Positions 38,001 to 50,349 of a stretch of 64,000 nt of DNA are shown here, piece after piece. Location: NCBI GenBank assembly GCA_036172245.1, contig JAYWIR010000004.1, positions 4,154,001 to 4,218,000 on the forward strand, given 5' to 3'. Made by a program: the position numbers and the translations under genes. Under the pieces are notes generated by a model that worked only from the letters and a program-made list of their open reading frames with translations, did not search any database and was not told the DNA's origin. How positions within the stretch are numbered: position 1 is the first letter of the stretch; each line of letters starts with the position of its first letter. The stretch comes from Raillietiella orientalis (lineage: Eukaryota).

Positions 38001-38789
38001 GTTCTGGAACTCACGAAGACGGTTGCTTCCCGCATTCAATCCTTGGTGGTGCATCTCACCGATTGCAGCTGAACTTGTACTACATGAATTTCGGAGAATC
38101 TGGGAGCTCACTTGGTCTCCTAGTTCTCTTAATCTGACCTATAATTCTACATCAAATCTCATTCCTCGTTTTTACTGGGCAGTAACAACGGCATCCGAGA
38201 GATTAAAGCTTTGCCTTTAAGATCCGAATACTATAAACTCTCGAGCTACTGTAGGTTTAGCCCCCCTTGATAGGCTGAAAAATATTCAGATACTGGGGAT
38301 GCCCTCTAGTGGAGCACTGATGATTCGTTTTACTGCGGACCGGGAGGATGCATCCTAAAAACTCAAGAAAACAATGAAAGCTACTTAGTATTCAGTAGTT
38401 GGAGAAGGATTTAGAAAGCATGGTGCTATGTTATTTCTCTTCAAGTAGCTTGTAAAAGCCGCGGGTGTAATTTGGAACTCCTCTAGGTAACTGCTTGGAC
38501 GCATTCTCAGCATAGCTGGTTCAGCGTCTGCCTGCTGTTTTGAACACGCGTCTCTGGATAGTTTTTTCGTATGGAGCCCGATTTTCCACGGAGAACACCC
38601 ACTGACCCCCTCTCTTGCTTCAAGCCATTTTTTTTTTTACACTGCAAACACTTCCTTCATGTGGCACTCTGAACAGCCCGTCCTTTGAAAGCCACGCTTG
38701 CTCCCCGTTAAAACACAAAGAACAGATACATGCTTTTCCAGCATCAAAGTACGATTTTCGTTCTCGATCGCATTTCAATCACTACCGAT

Positions 38790-40870
38790 CACCCCATGGG
38801 GGGCAGGAAGGACTTTACAAGATCGCGGCCCCTTTTTGCTAGCAATGCTGCAGCGAACGATTGGAATTTCAGCTGACGGAGGCAGTGCCATGTACCAGAC
38901 TTTACGTAACGGTTCCAGCATGCACACCTTTGAGTAACAATTTTATCGCGAGGCTTCTGGTCGAAGAAAACAATAACTTCGGATAGGAGCGTTAGAGAGT
39001 TTCCTAACAGCAGATATTGCACATCAGTTTCAGAACGCTTACCTTGTCATCAGCCGACAGACAGATGGTGCCGAAGAATTCCTCCCGCTCGACACGTAGG
39101 TTTTTATTAATTGAACCAAATTCCAAATGCTAACTGGATCAGTCTGCATCTAACGTTTCATATTCAGGTACGTTTCTCGCGCAAGCGCCACGCAAAGATG
39201 TTTAGTATGGAGCTGCTTTCGGATGTATTCGAGAGGAATGGTCTCTCGAACCATTCTGCAACCGACGATCAAAATCATTTTTTGCAGCCTTGTACATCAT
39301 AACCGACTGCCATACTGCAATAGATTTTTAGCGTGGTGCAACACTGTTCTTCACATAAAAGTCTAAAATCGTAGATTCTGCTACTTTAGGATTTCAGCTG
39401 TCTGTGAGTTCTAGGAAATGAATTAAGATCATTTCGTTCAGCCAATATCTGCGAGACCGTGATTTATATTTAACAGGCAGCACAGTTCTGCATACTGGCT
39501 TGTCTTGATTGCATGCCCAGATTCTTTTCAAATCTAGTTTTTTTTTTTTGTTCATGACTGGTAATTTAGAAGATTTCTTTTGTTTTTTTCATACCACTGT
39601 GCATGTTTTGGTTGATTGGATCGATTCATAACCCGGAAAAAAGTTCATTTTCCTTGTGTTATCCTGTGATACATCTCTTCCTCGCAGCAGTTTGCATGTG
39701 AATGTTTTCCCATGATTTTCTGTACAAGCTTCACGATACATTCTTTGATTAATGAAAAAAATTTATGTATGGTCAATCTTCCGAGAAGAGTGACGTCCCA
39801 ACACACTGTTTTCTGTCGTGGCTTCTATTCGATGAATTCCATATGATCTACACAAAGTGTGAATTTCGAATTTTCCTTCCCTTCTTCTAAAGCCACTTCC
39901 TGTAATTCTCAAGAGCACGAAGATACTTACTCGGTGTTTTTGGAACCATTCATCACATTGCAGAGATGTTACCTGCCATAGGCATCTCTTGGTAGTGTTT
40001 AATGGAAGACGTCGAATGTTTTGATATGACAAATCACGATGGTTCATTTTACATGTGGAAAAGTATGACTTTCAGTGGGAATTCAACCACCCCAGATATC
40101 GTGTACACACACGTTCTTTCATTGCAGAAGTTTCAACTTCACTTTCTTTCCACAGATTCGTTTCAACATTTATTTTTGAAAATGGCCTATTTGTAATGAA
40201 ATGCCATCCTGGTTGGCTAATTTTTTCTCTCTTGATACATGTGGGCAAGAGCTTTGCAGACAAATGTTTTGGCATTTCGGCTTTCTTAAGAAAGAGCAAG
40301 CTTTGATTCTGAACACTAAAAAGTAAGTAAAAATTCTGTGATCAAACTGCAATGAAATACCAAAAGCAATTCTGAATCCTAATTGCGAATCGTGACGAGA
40401 CGCTGTATCCATAATAAATGAAAGTGCAAGTGCTCAAAATTCATGTAGTATCCCAAGATATAATGATTAATTCAAGAGACTTGATAAATATAGACATGAG
40501 GCGTAATAACCAATATAAGTATTCTAAAGAAAAAGTCGGTGGAAAAAATAGCTCGGAGTTTAATGGACTAACTGTGTCAATATAGCTGCAGACATTCCTG
40601 CTAAACGAAATACCCCCTATTCGCACGGCACTATCCATTAGAAGCAATCTTCATGAAGTCTAGAAGGAATCACATGATTCCTACCAAGGAACGCACTGTT
40701 AAATAATTTGTACGTAAAAGATTGATTCCAGTCCACAGTATTTGTTACGGCAAATAAAAAATAACTTGGAAAAATTGCAGTCGTTGCACTTCGCTGAAAC
40801 TCAATATGCCATGTACAAGCGAGAGCTAATTGTAATTTTCTTCGCCTGAAGATTTGAGAACAAACTTGCA
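38790..40870 (-). mobile_element. Degenerate CR1/L2-like RT fragments (probably two copies)
   Basis: LLRLMSIFIKSLELII, DSQLGFR, WHFITNRPFSKIN, DEWFQKHRVSI in correct order (39.8-40.7 kb); separate LSADDK (about 39045) and YLLLGNSL..VFFDQK. Confidence 0.6.
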
Positions 40871-41799
40871 ATCCTTTACAATGACAGCCGGAAAATAAGG
40901 GGGAGACAGCATTCGGAAAAGCAGCTTGATCCGATCATTCTCAAGAGCTGATCAATAAGTAATGAGGCTCGTATTTCATCATCTCTTGAGTGTGGAACCA
41001 AGGCACTAACCCTCAGTCTCTTATAAAGTGGCAACATTGTTTTAATGCAACTTTGGACAGCAGCACCTGCTGTTATTGATGGGTGTTTCGTAACTTCTGC
41101 AGACTCTAAAAAAAAAATAAAAAATGGGAGGAACAGATGTTCCAATGTCATTTCGATTGCGTGCTATCAAGTCCCGCGCACATTCTAAAAGAGGCTTGCA
41201 AAGACGATGCCAGTGGCTTGAGAGAGCATGACTGAGTACAGTGTACATACAGCGCTGGAAGTGAACGAGTGAAAGGCGGACTTTGTAAAGGGTAGTCTTC
41301 GAGCACACGACCAAAAATGAGTGTCAATTCGCAATCACGAGAGGAGGTCGTTGGATTCTTTTCTGCCAGTTCTCTGCGAGTACTCATCGGCAGAGAGGAA
41401 GTTCTTCGGCAGTGACGTGCCTTCCATCTGCCGCATTCGAATCGCATCAACGTCGCGTGACACTTGACCTACAATTCACATCTTGGATTATTCTGCGAAC
41501 TTTGGCTTTATAGAAAAGGAAACTGCACAGATGCAGTTTCCAAAGGCAGGTCGTGTCAGTAGGGTAGGAAGCGGCAGTATAGGTACTGCTCCCCAAGACG
41601 AGTGATCCTGAGAAGCTGAATGCTAACTTCAATGAATGGAACTCTGTGAATGGATTGTTATTGCTTGTTATGCGCACCCGCACCGGCAATGCTGAATTCT
41701 TGCACAATAAAATCCTCTCTGTGACACGAAGCTGCGACAGCACGTGCTTGCAACGCACTGCAATCACGTTAGGCTCTCCTCAACCAGACTCCTTTCTTC

Positions 41800-43600
41800 C
41801 ACTGCCCCGAATCCACCAGACGGTAAAGATACGCCTGAATCCTGAAGATTCTGCAATGTCAAGGCTTCTTGTGAGAGACATGCAGATTCAGGATTTGATT
41901 TTCACTTTCAAAGAATTTTCTTCTTCAAAGAAATCGCCATGTTCCCTACATGCATGCAAGGTTCCACCTTTCTTCTCAGAGCCATTTTACCATGTTGGTG
42001 TGTTCGTCTCCGTGTTCTTGTTTCTTGTTACTAGGGTCCATTGTACACTCTGCTCATGAAAACTGCACAAGTCTTGGCCATGTCTCTTTGCAGATCTGTC
42101 CTGAAGAATCCTTCTTCTGTTCAGATGCTTAATCGCTCGATGAAAGCTGATTCTCATTAAGTTCGTGAGTCGATCTTTTTCTATAGAATTTTTTCTTATT
42201 TCCATTACTCTCAAGCTGCAATTGCACAGTTACATTTGATGTATTGGTACGATCTACTGATCTGGATCGGCTTAACACTCGAGACGTACAAAGTCGACTG
42301 GGCAGGATGGTAGCAGAATTGCCATATTTGATGTTAAAACCTCTATTCTAGCTATGGTAAAGGGGTGAAGCAGAAGGCCGAAAATTCGTTTCCCGACGGG
42401 CATGTTAAGCTACTGGTGAGGAACTTTCATATCTCTAAATCACTGCCTCTTTCATTAAACTGCTTGTGCTTCATCCTCAAATTACATTTGAAGAGGTTAT
42501 GCAACGATCCCTCGGAGTTTTCAAAGCTTTTTAAATGTTTCAGGTGCACTCCATAAATCTACGAGCTCTGCAGGGTAAGGATGAGCCATGGATGCTGATT
42601 CTGAAACTGCACACCCTAGCAGCCCAAGCATCATTGCTATAAAAGTTGACCTTTGTACACCAAAACCGTTCGAGTAGAATGAACCGGCCAACGTGATCTT
42701 ACAGCCTTTGGGTAATCCAAAATGGAAGTTTCCACGAGAAGTCACTTCCATGGATTTGTAAGGGCATGCTAGAAACTCCATGCTCATTTTGGAGAAGAGA
42801 AAAAAAAAAAAACAGGCAGGTTGAGAAGGATATTTTCATGGGATACTTTAGTCTTTATTCATCCCATGATAATCACCGAGTGAAATTCTATAATCGTTAA
42901 TTTATATTGTTAATTGTGCACTTCAAGTAAAAGAATACCTGGGTCACTTACACTGAGTCCCAGATTTGTGTAATCTGAGACCGCTCATTTAGGGGTGATC
43001 ATTGCTTAGCTGATAGCTGCACCAGCCTGCCTGTTTCGTCATTCGATTCAAGGACCAATAAGGGGATGAAATTCAGAAAATTATCGCGTGAATGATGCCT
43101 TTCTTTTAACTGGTTTTTACGATGGGAACATCACAAACGATTTGGTCGGCGAAGTAATGCAACTATCCCTGACCCTTCTTCATTAAAGGAAAAAGATCTG
43201 TTAATAAAGACTGAACAAACAGTACAAGAGGTCTACGGTACCAGGGTCTTCGCAGCGTAATCATGCAGCATAACTAAAAAAAAAAAAAAAGTGAATTTTC
43301 CTCGCTGCAACCGAATCTCCACATATCCATCCATTCATTTTTCACTTGATCGAGCTCGAATCATTTGAGACCAATTGATTGGTCTGAGCGAACTCTTTTC
43401 CGAAGTTTTGAATGCACAAACAAAGTCAGTCTTCATGTTACTGGAAAAACAAGAAGGAGTTGAAGGATGAAGCCATTCTCTTCGTTTCCAGGTTGGAGTG
43501 GTTGCTAAGCTGCATTCTAGGAAATTCATGATGCGGTTTTCGCCACGATATTTGTACTCATACAATAACTGCACAAGTCTTGGCCATGTCATACAGTACA
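41800..43600 (-). mobile_element. Two tandem degenerate LINE RT fragments
   Basis: TPTWKR..SSLRPINW (~WK..NYRPISL), FGLPKG; second copy RAIKHLNRRR..QD and SSGFRR. Shared exact 24-mer at 42061 and 43567. Confidence 0.5.
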
Positions 43601-45599
43601 ATCAGCGAAAGGTGTCCTGTAAGGATGGACACGGGTGCGGTGGAACTGCTTCGTCCCTTAGGGCTGGACGTCACCGTGCACATCAGAGAGAGAAGCGAAA
43701 CTTGCCGCCAAACTTCTCAAGCATACCGACTGATACGGTCCCTCTCATCTAACCACGGGCGCTGCATGCTTTCGTGAGCAAGGAACATCGAAATCAAAGG
43801 GAAAAAAAGAGAAAAAAGGTGTTTCCGGTTTGATGTGATGGAGTGAGCGCAGAGAGTTTCACGCCATTTTGCAATCCATGCAGGTATTGCTGTTGTCTTT
43901 CCTATTCGGTCCGACTGCAGCATTCTGAATTTTCTGGCTGCACGAAAAGTAATAACTGGCTCCCTTCTGTTTCCTTGAAGACGTCCAAGCAATGAAGAGC
44001 GGGATCTTTTCTTTTTTTTGCTACACGTCTACTGTGTCAGCGATTCTTCCACATCTCATTAAGTTGTTGACAGTTGGCACCAGCAAACTTTCAACATGGG
44101 TTTCACTGCATGAAACCCCCTCGGGTGTTTAGACACCGGAATGCAACTCTTGAGGGCTTTTTTCGTATCCTCAGAACTGTCTTGAAGACGTCTATATGCA
44201 GCGTGAGAATAGAGAATGAAGAAGAACAAAGATTAAAGGCGAAACCACTGTCTGAAAGGAACAGAATAATACATGACTGAGCAAGTAATTCATTCCGCAG
44301 AGTAACATTCCAATTATATCCCAAATGGGGCTAGAAGATTTGTTACTGCATTTTTTCTCTGTGTTTTCTCTTTTACGGGTGTGGTAGGTTTTTGGATTTT
44401 CTCTTGTACGTCAGAACGAAGGCAGTGCCTCGTCCTTTTACACTACGCGCTTGCTGATTTACTTAAAATTTATTTCGTTGAGATACACGAAACCAAAAAA
44501 GAAGGACAAGAACGTATATAGGGGAAACAGGGCAGAAGGACGAATTCCGGGAATGTTTATTATTCATGGTTCGTCATAAAAAACTTTTCATCTCGGGGAT
44601 TCACGTGCGATCTTTCGCATAACGACGATGCTCCTGTTGATGCAGATTACAGATTTTCTCCTGGGTGCTCGTGTCTTCTCCTTCCCCCCAAATTTTAAAA
44701 TTTCCTGACTTCGAAGGAGCGCCTCCTGCAATTTCCGCCCATTTCTTCGGCTGGAATCTCGATGCACCTAGTTGATTGTCAAAGAGAAACTATGCTTGTG
44801 GCCAGAAACTGTTCAGAGTACTACCATGTCTTCAGGGCGTACACTGATTAGAGTACAGAGCAAACAGCCCCTGGGATTGGATGTTTGCAGAGCGGTGCAT
44901 TGCAATAAACGATTTCACCTCGGTTTTATATATGAAGGGAGCAGACGTTTGGAGTTCAATTGCCTTTCAGGATAAGGATGTGCAAGAGGCTCGAGAAACA
45001 AGCATCCTCATGTTTATGACTTTAGATTTTATGGTATGCGGTGAGCACATTTGTTTTAATGGCCAGCATGCTTGCTGACATTATGTTCCGTCAACAGTCC
45101 ACTTTCTTAACAGTGACCTCATGGGGATAATTTCCCTTTCCTTGAGTGCCAAAGAACCTCAACTCATGTATCTCACCCGTTTTCAAAGTTTATGACAAAA
45201 CTGAAGTCTTCAATGTGAGAAGCAGCTTTATGATTTCCATTACTTTTTAAATTTTTCAACAGAACAAGAACACATTGGTGTACTGTTGCTCTATTGATTG
45301 TTTCTTGAGATAAGTTTACAAAATCCGTATTGGAAGATCTCGAATTTTTTATTTTTTAATAGCCACAGCACAAACTTTTACAAAAATGGCATTGCTTCAT
45401 TTCCAAAGAAATTCCGAAAGAGAAACCTTTTAGTGCACCTTGCATTCTTTTTTCAAGAATAGAAGAATACGTCTCACATTGTGGTATCCTTGTGTCCTTT
45501 TGAAGAAAAGCAGTAGAGTTTACCATATTCATCAGCATTCATTGGTGTCAAACTATCAAGTGTAAGTCTAAAGATGAGGAAAAAAAAAAAAAGACCTTT

Positions 45600-45900
45600 T
45601 TTTCAGCTCTTAGCAACAAATCTAGTTATGAAGATCCAATACACCAAGGATCCAATGCTTCAACATGCAGCTCGATCATTGCAATCAACGCTCAAATCAA
45701 TGGGACATCAGATGAGGAACACATACTCTACGATGCTCGAGTCCCCTATTGTGCCCAGAGTTCTACAGATGGATTGCTCTTTCCACGTGACTCTTGAGAA
45801 AATCTCAACTGTGAGTGCAATTTTGGACAAGCTGCAAGAGCGCTCTTGGATGATAGCCAACATTCCAGATGAACAGGACAGCACAAGTTTTCAAATAATC
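45600..45900 (+). mobile_element. Degenerate LINE post-RT fragment
   Basis: TYSTML..ILDKLQERSWMI (~IYxSLI..KLQxLQNRAxRII). Confidence 0.3.
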
Positions 45901-46569
45901 TGTTGCTAACTTTTATGATTTATGAGTACTGCTTTTTCCCCATTCCCTGGAACGCTTTCAGCATGCGCGGTGAAATTTATTCAGTGAGAGTACAGGCTGC
46001 AGCCGACGGTTTACCAAGCAATTTTTCTTAGGACGGAATGTCGTTTACGAAAAGTGTGTGCTGGGGATTTCTCCCAGATACCCTCTTTTTTTTTTTCGTT
46101 TTTTTTTTTCCTCCAGAGATTCTTCCAGATTTAAGGGAAAGACCCGAACCCGGGTTACCATTTTGTAGGTCCTCACCGTGGCGTGCGAACGAGGTCTGCT
46201 CGTCCGAACTTGCGGCCTTTTCACCGGGATGAAATTTGACACTTTATCTGTGACCTGATGCACGACAACTCGGATCACAACAGCACCCATATTCGAAGTG
46301 TTGGTGTTTTTCATCACTCTCAGTCGCGATTACGCAGCATGGTTGATGACCTCCTGATGGCTTCCTCTCGTTGGCAATGATACTGAGCTGAACAGTCGCT
46401 TACCAATCAAGAGGAAAGCATGCAGCGGAGGAAAGGTTTATCTGAATAAAGACAAGCAGTTTCTTACAAGACTAGGCTCTTTCACGGAAAACATGTGCCT
46501 GTTAGCTAGTCTGTGCATCCAGGATCTAAGCACCTTACGCATCGGCAAAACCTTTCTCCAGAAAGTTTT

Positions 46570-47600
46570 TACGCATCATGTTTTGAATCCGTGAAAAGGT
46601 CGATTTGATTCGACATGGTCAACTTCAAACAAATGCTCCTTTTATCGATAGTTTTTTGTACTCTTTCAACCTCGCAAGCTGCAAAGTTATGGTGTTTTAG
46701 GAGCTGTTCGAAGAAGTGCAGTGTTTGCTTACTTACGAGGTGCTGAATACCTTTATTCACCGTTGCTGGAATGCATTCTGGCGTCTCTTGCATATTATGA
46801 AATTATTTCTTTCCTTCTATTCTGAAGCCTAAGACTTGAAATCACCTTAAAGTACATGGGTGGGTAAAAAATGCAAGTTCTTCTATTGTGCCTTCCTGGC
46901 CATATGGATGATTGCCGCGAAATATCATACTTACCATAGTTTATATAATAAGATGAGCAACTGTTGGTTGGGTAGATTCAACGCAGTTGTGCTTTGTAGG
47001 GTCGAGGGAGGCTAAATTGCTGGGAAGCGTTATTTACTCTCTGCAGGACTCAACCCCAATAGGATTTCCATATGGTTGATGTCACTCACGTCTTCCTTGA
47101 TCAAGAGGGCTACTTTCCAATGCTCATAGTGGTGACGATTCCTGACACAGAGAAACCTGTGAATAATCACTGCGTAAGGACCACTATTCATTTATCTTCA
47201 GCCACAGAATCTTCTTCTAATAACTGCTATCTCAGCTATGCCTTAAGTACTGGATTACGCAAAAGTTGGCTCCGATGTTCATGATGCGGAGAAAAATGAT
47301 TTTTCTGTCCTCAAACGTCAAGGGACTCCATGGGCATGTATTTGCAATTCATCTTGATGAATTCTCAGTAGCATTTGGATCCATGAAAGCTGAGCGGCAT
47401 CATCAGATAATCATTGCATCATTGTGCATGTTGCGCAGGACTCTGTGGTTTAACGATTATTTCCTATTTCTCGTGTTTGACTTCTCCGATTTCTTGGAAG
47501 CGCGTTTGTGGAGAACAACCAAGGGTGAATTTTTACCTCAAGAAAAAAAGTCGCCTTTCTTTTTGTCATCATTCGGCATACCTTTTCATTCTTTCTTTAG
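46570..47600 (-). mobile_element. Degenerate LINE linker and RT fragment
   Basis: HPWL; LASLDPTK; IPATVNKGIQHLVSKQTLHFFEQLLKHHNF (~LPxxSKIFEKLVxxQLxxFLE..LL..QF). Confidence 0.45.
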
Positions 47601-48299
47601 TAGTTGTGCTGAGGGTAAGCTTTAGTAAATATTGCACACGTATCCCGCATTTATGGTGAGTAGGAAAACGATTAGTGATCTGATAGCAAAAATCGATTAT
47701 AGGTGTAAACACGTTCTCCATTGAACTAGGTATATTTTAGGGATTTCGTCTACTACACATCGGTAGCTAGAATAGAGAGACAGTGGAAATCAAAGCAAGG
47801 CCTCCAACAACAACTGGAGTTTGCTCTCTCAGAGTAGAATGATTGCTGGGACTTTTTATCATTATTTTAAGAATGCCGGTTCTCTTGAAAATAAATTGCG
47901 GAAATGAAAACGTTTGTGTTTTTTTGAAGTTCTGTCATATCTTTTTCACATAGCACATGTTAGTTCAATAGTAAGTAAAGATGGAAAGGCTGGAACCGTT
48001 ACAGCTTTTCCAAAACTTGTCATGCTTGTCGTGTGATGGTTCACTTCGATGACGATTTCTTCTGAAAGTCCAGCTTTATAAATGGTCGCTCTGATATTTT
48101 CCCATAAATAATGAATAAAGTACATATGAATGATGGAGGACAATCTAATCCTAAAAGAAAAATAAATCGAAATTTGACTAGAACGGAAAATTTTTCCGGA
48201 ACGATTCTGAACTAAGAAGGATGAAGAGTCAGAGAGATGCCGAGCTCAGTAAGGATGATGATATTGAGGCTAATTTTGACGAAGAATTCAATTTCGCTA

Positions 48300-49620
48300 T
48301 CCCTAGGTGGATTCTTAAAGATGACCTCCATAAAAACAGAGTAGACAGATAAATGGATGGCACCAATTTAAAACAGGAACGCAAGCAGTGGCTTTATAGA
48401 CGTTTTAATTCGATTAAAATGTATTCTCTGCTTTAAAGCAAGCTGCCCATTTCACAGAGTTTTGTAAAGTAGTGATACAGGAGAACGGAAGCTGTCAAGT
48501 GAAGTAAGTATTTCAAAGAATCCTTAAGAGGTTCTCCGACAGATCGGACAGCACTGTGGAACCGAATCATCAAGATGTTCAAGCTGAAAAGGACTCGAGA
48601 AGAGTTCTTTGAAAAATCCAACAAACTCTGGGTAAAACCAGATGTTGTCACTTTGCTCCTAATTGAAATTATCTGATAACTGTTCATTCAGGAGTATCTT
48701 TACTGTAACAGCATTGACTGAGCATATGCATAGTTGAAAACAGCACATTTTTAATCGTTAATGTACCCCCATTCATTGGTTCTAAAAACTGATTCATGAG
48801 TTATCTCAAGAACACAGAGTTTCATGAATCTGTTCATTTATTCATATATATGCGTAGATAGTGTTCAGCCTTCTTATCCAGTTGTTTAGCAAACGATCCT
48901 TTTATAGTCTCAAGAATTTTTCTAGTTTGCCACCTTAATAGAGACTCATGGAAAATGGAAGGTACTCATTCTGTTATCTCATTCTTTGATGGCAAAATTC
49001 GTGAACGATAGAAGACTGAGTTCAGTATCAATGGCATTATTATTTGGAGGTGACAAGAACCTCAGAAAAGTCCTACAATTATGAAACTTAGAAAGGGTTT
49101 TCAAAAAATATTGTACAAAGCCGTTGTATAAAGGATGCTTAATCTTGTGATGCTTCAATCTTTCTTGCAGATATTGGAGTTTTCATTAGACACATGAATG
49201 AAGTCCATGGAACACCTGTCACACATTGCATGTCGAGCTACGAGGAATCAGAATGTGGTGCTAATTTCATGTACTCATAAGGACTGAATTACGGACAGGA
49301 TCAGATATACATGAGATAGAAAAACCCTCTTGACCCTGAAACGTTGATCTCTCGATATACAATAATTCAATGAAACATTAAAAAGAAGTTAGGACTTTAT
49401 TAATAATTGCAACCATTACTGTGTTTCCTATTGCAGAAGTTGGTAAGATTTCCATGAAAAGGGTGCACGGAAGGCACACCAGGAATAACAGACATGCAGT
49501 GATCATTTCAGTGATTTTTCTAGGAGTGAAACTGATCCTTTTTTCTTCTATCTTCGATCTGTCTTTTTTCTTTGTCTCATCAGAAGCGCACATGGATCTG
49601 CAATTGGAGCTCCAGTGAAT
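48300..49620 (+). mobile_element. Degenerate LINE linker and RT fragment
   Basis: PRWI; SKYFKESL..DRTALWNRI (~KxxYY..xLWxxI); LERVFKK; FLGVKLILFSSIFDL. Confidence 0.45.
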
Positions 49621-50349
49621 TTCGTATCATCTTGATGGACTCGCGACTCTGTTGCTGGACTGTAGTGTTCTTGGTTGCGTAAAGTGCTTGCCCAGAGTCT
49701 GCTTTTCTCCGTTTCATAGAATGCCAACACTTAGTGTGCACTCAATGTTAGCATTCTTGGAAGTTCCCTTCTTCCAGCGCAACTTTCTCTTGCTTACTTC
49801 CTGCTCAAGACCTCGCGTTTATCTGATTCGGTGAACCTACACTGACTCTTCTCATGCTTCAGGCCACCCTACCCATTGCGGTGAAGATTCATAGTGTGAC
49901 AAGCAATAGGGTCAGCACACTGTCATTCAAGATTACTTAAAACGAACAATAGGGTGGAAGTAGTAACTCTGTATCTCCATTTGAAGGGAGCAGGGAAATT
50001 CAATTTTTGTTTTTTTACTATCATTTGAAATTTACACATATTGCTTCTCAGATGGAGAAATCTTCCAGTTTGAAGGATCATAGGCTGCTTCAAGGCGGAG
50101 GATTGAAAGAAAACAACTACACTATGAGTGAACCAAACATCCAGAAATTTCTTATTTGCAGACTGAGAATGAAACCAAGAATAGCAAAAAATCGAGAGAC
50201 CTAAGGATAGAGTCACGCTTTAGCCTATTCGAAGCACAACGGGATGAATGGTGGTGCTCCTGGTGTTCCTCGTGCACCTCCATACTGAACTTTTCCCTTT
50301 TCTAACATACACTTAAGGAAGACAGAACAAAGAAATATCCGAACTGGTT

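Noticed and set aside
46140..46216. tRNA/SINE-like motif (ccgggttcg on the minus strand)
   Set aside because: No cloverleaf or convincing A box.
39038..47046. Strong minus-strand donors (GTAAGC near 39042; GTAAGT near 46932) as extra exons
   Set aside because: Adjacent sequence translates to LINE RT motifs (LSADDK; LASLDPTK) or contains stops.
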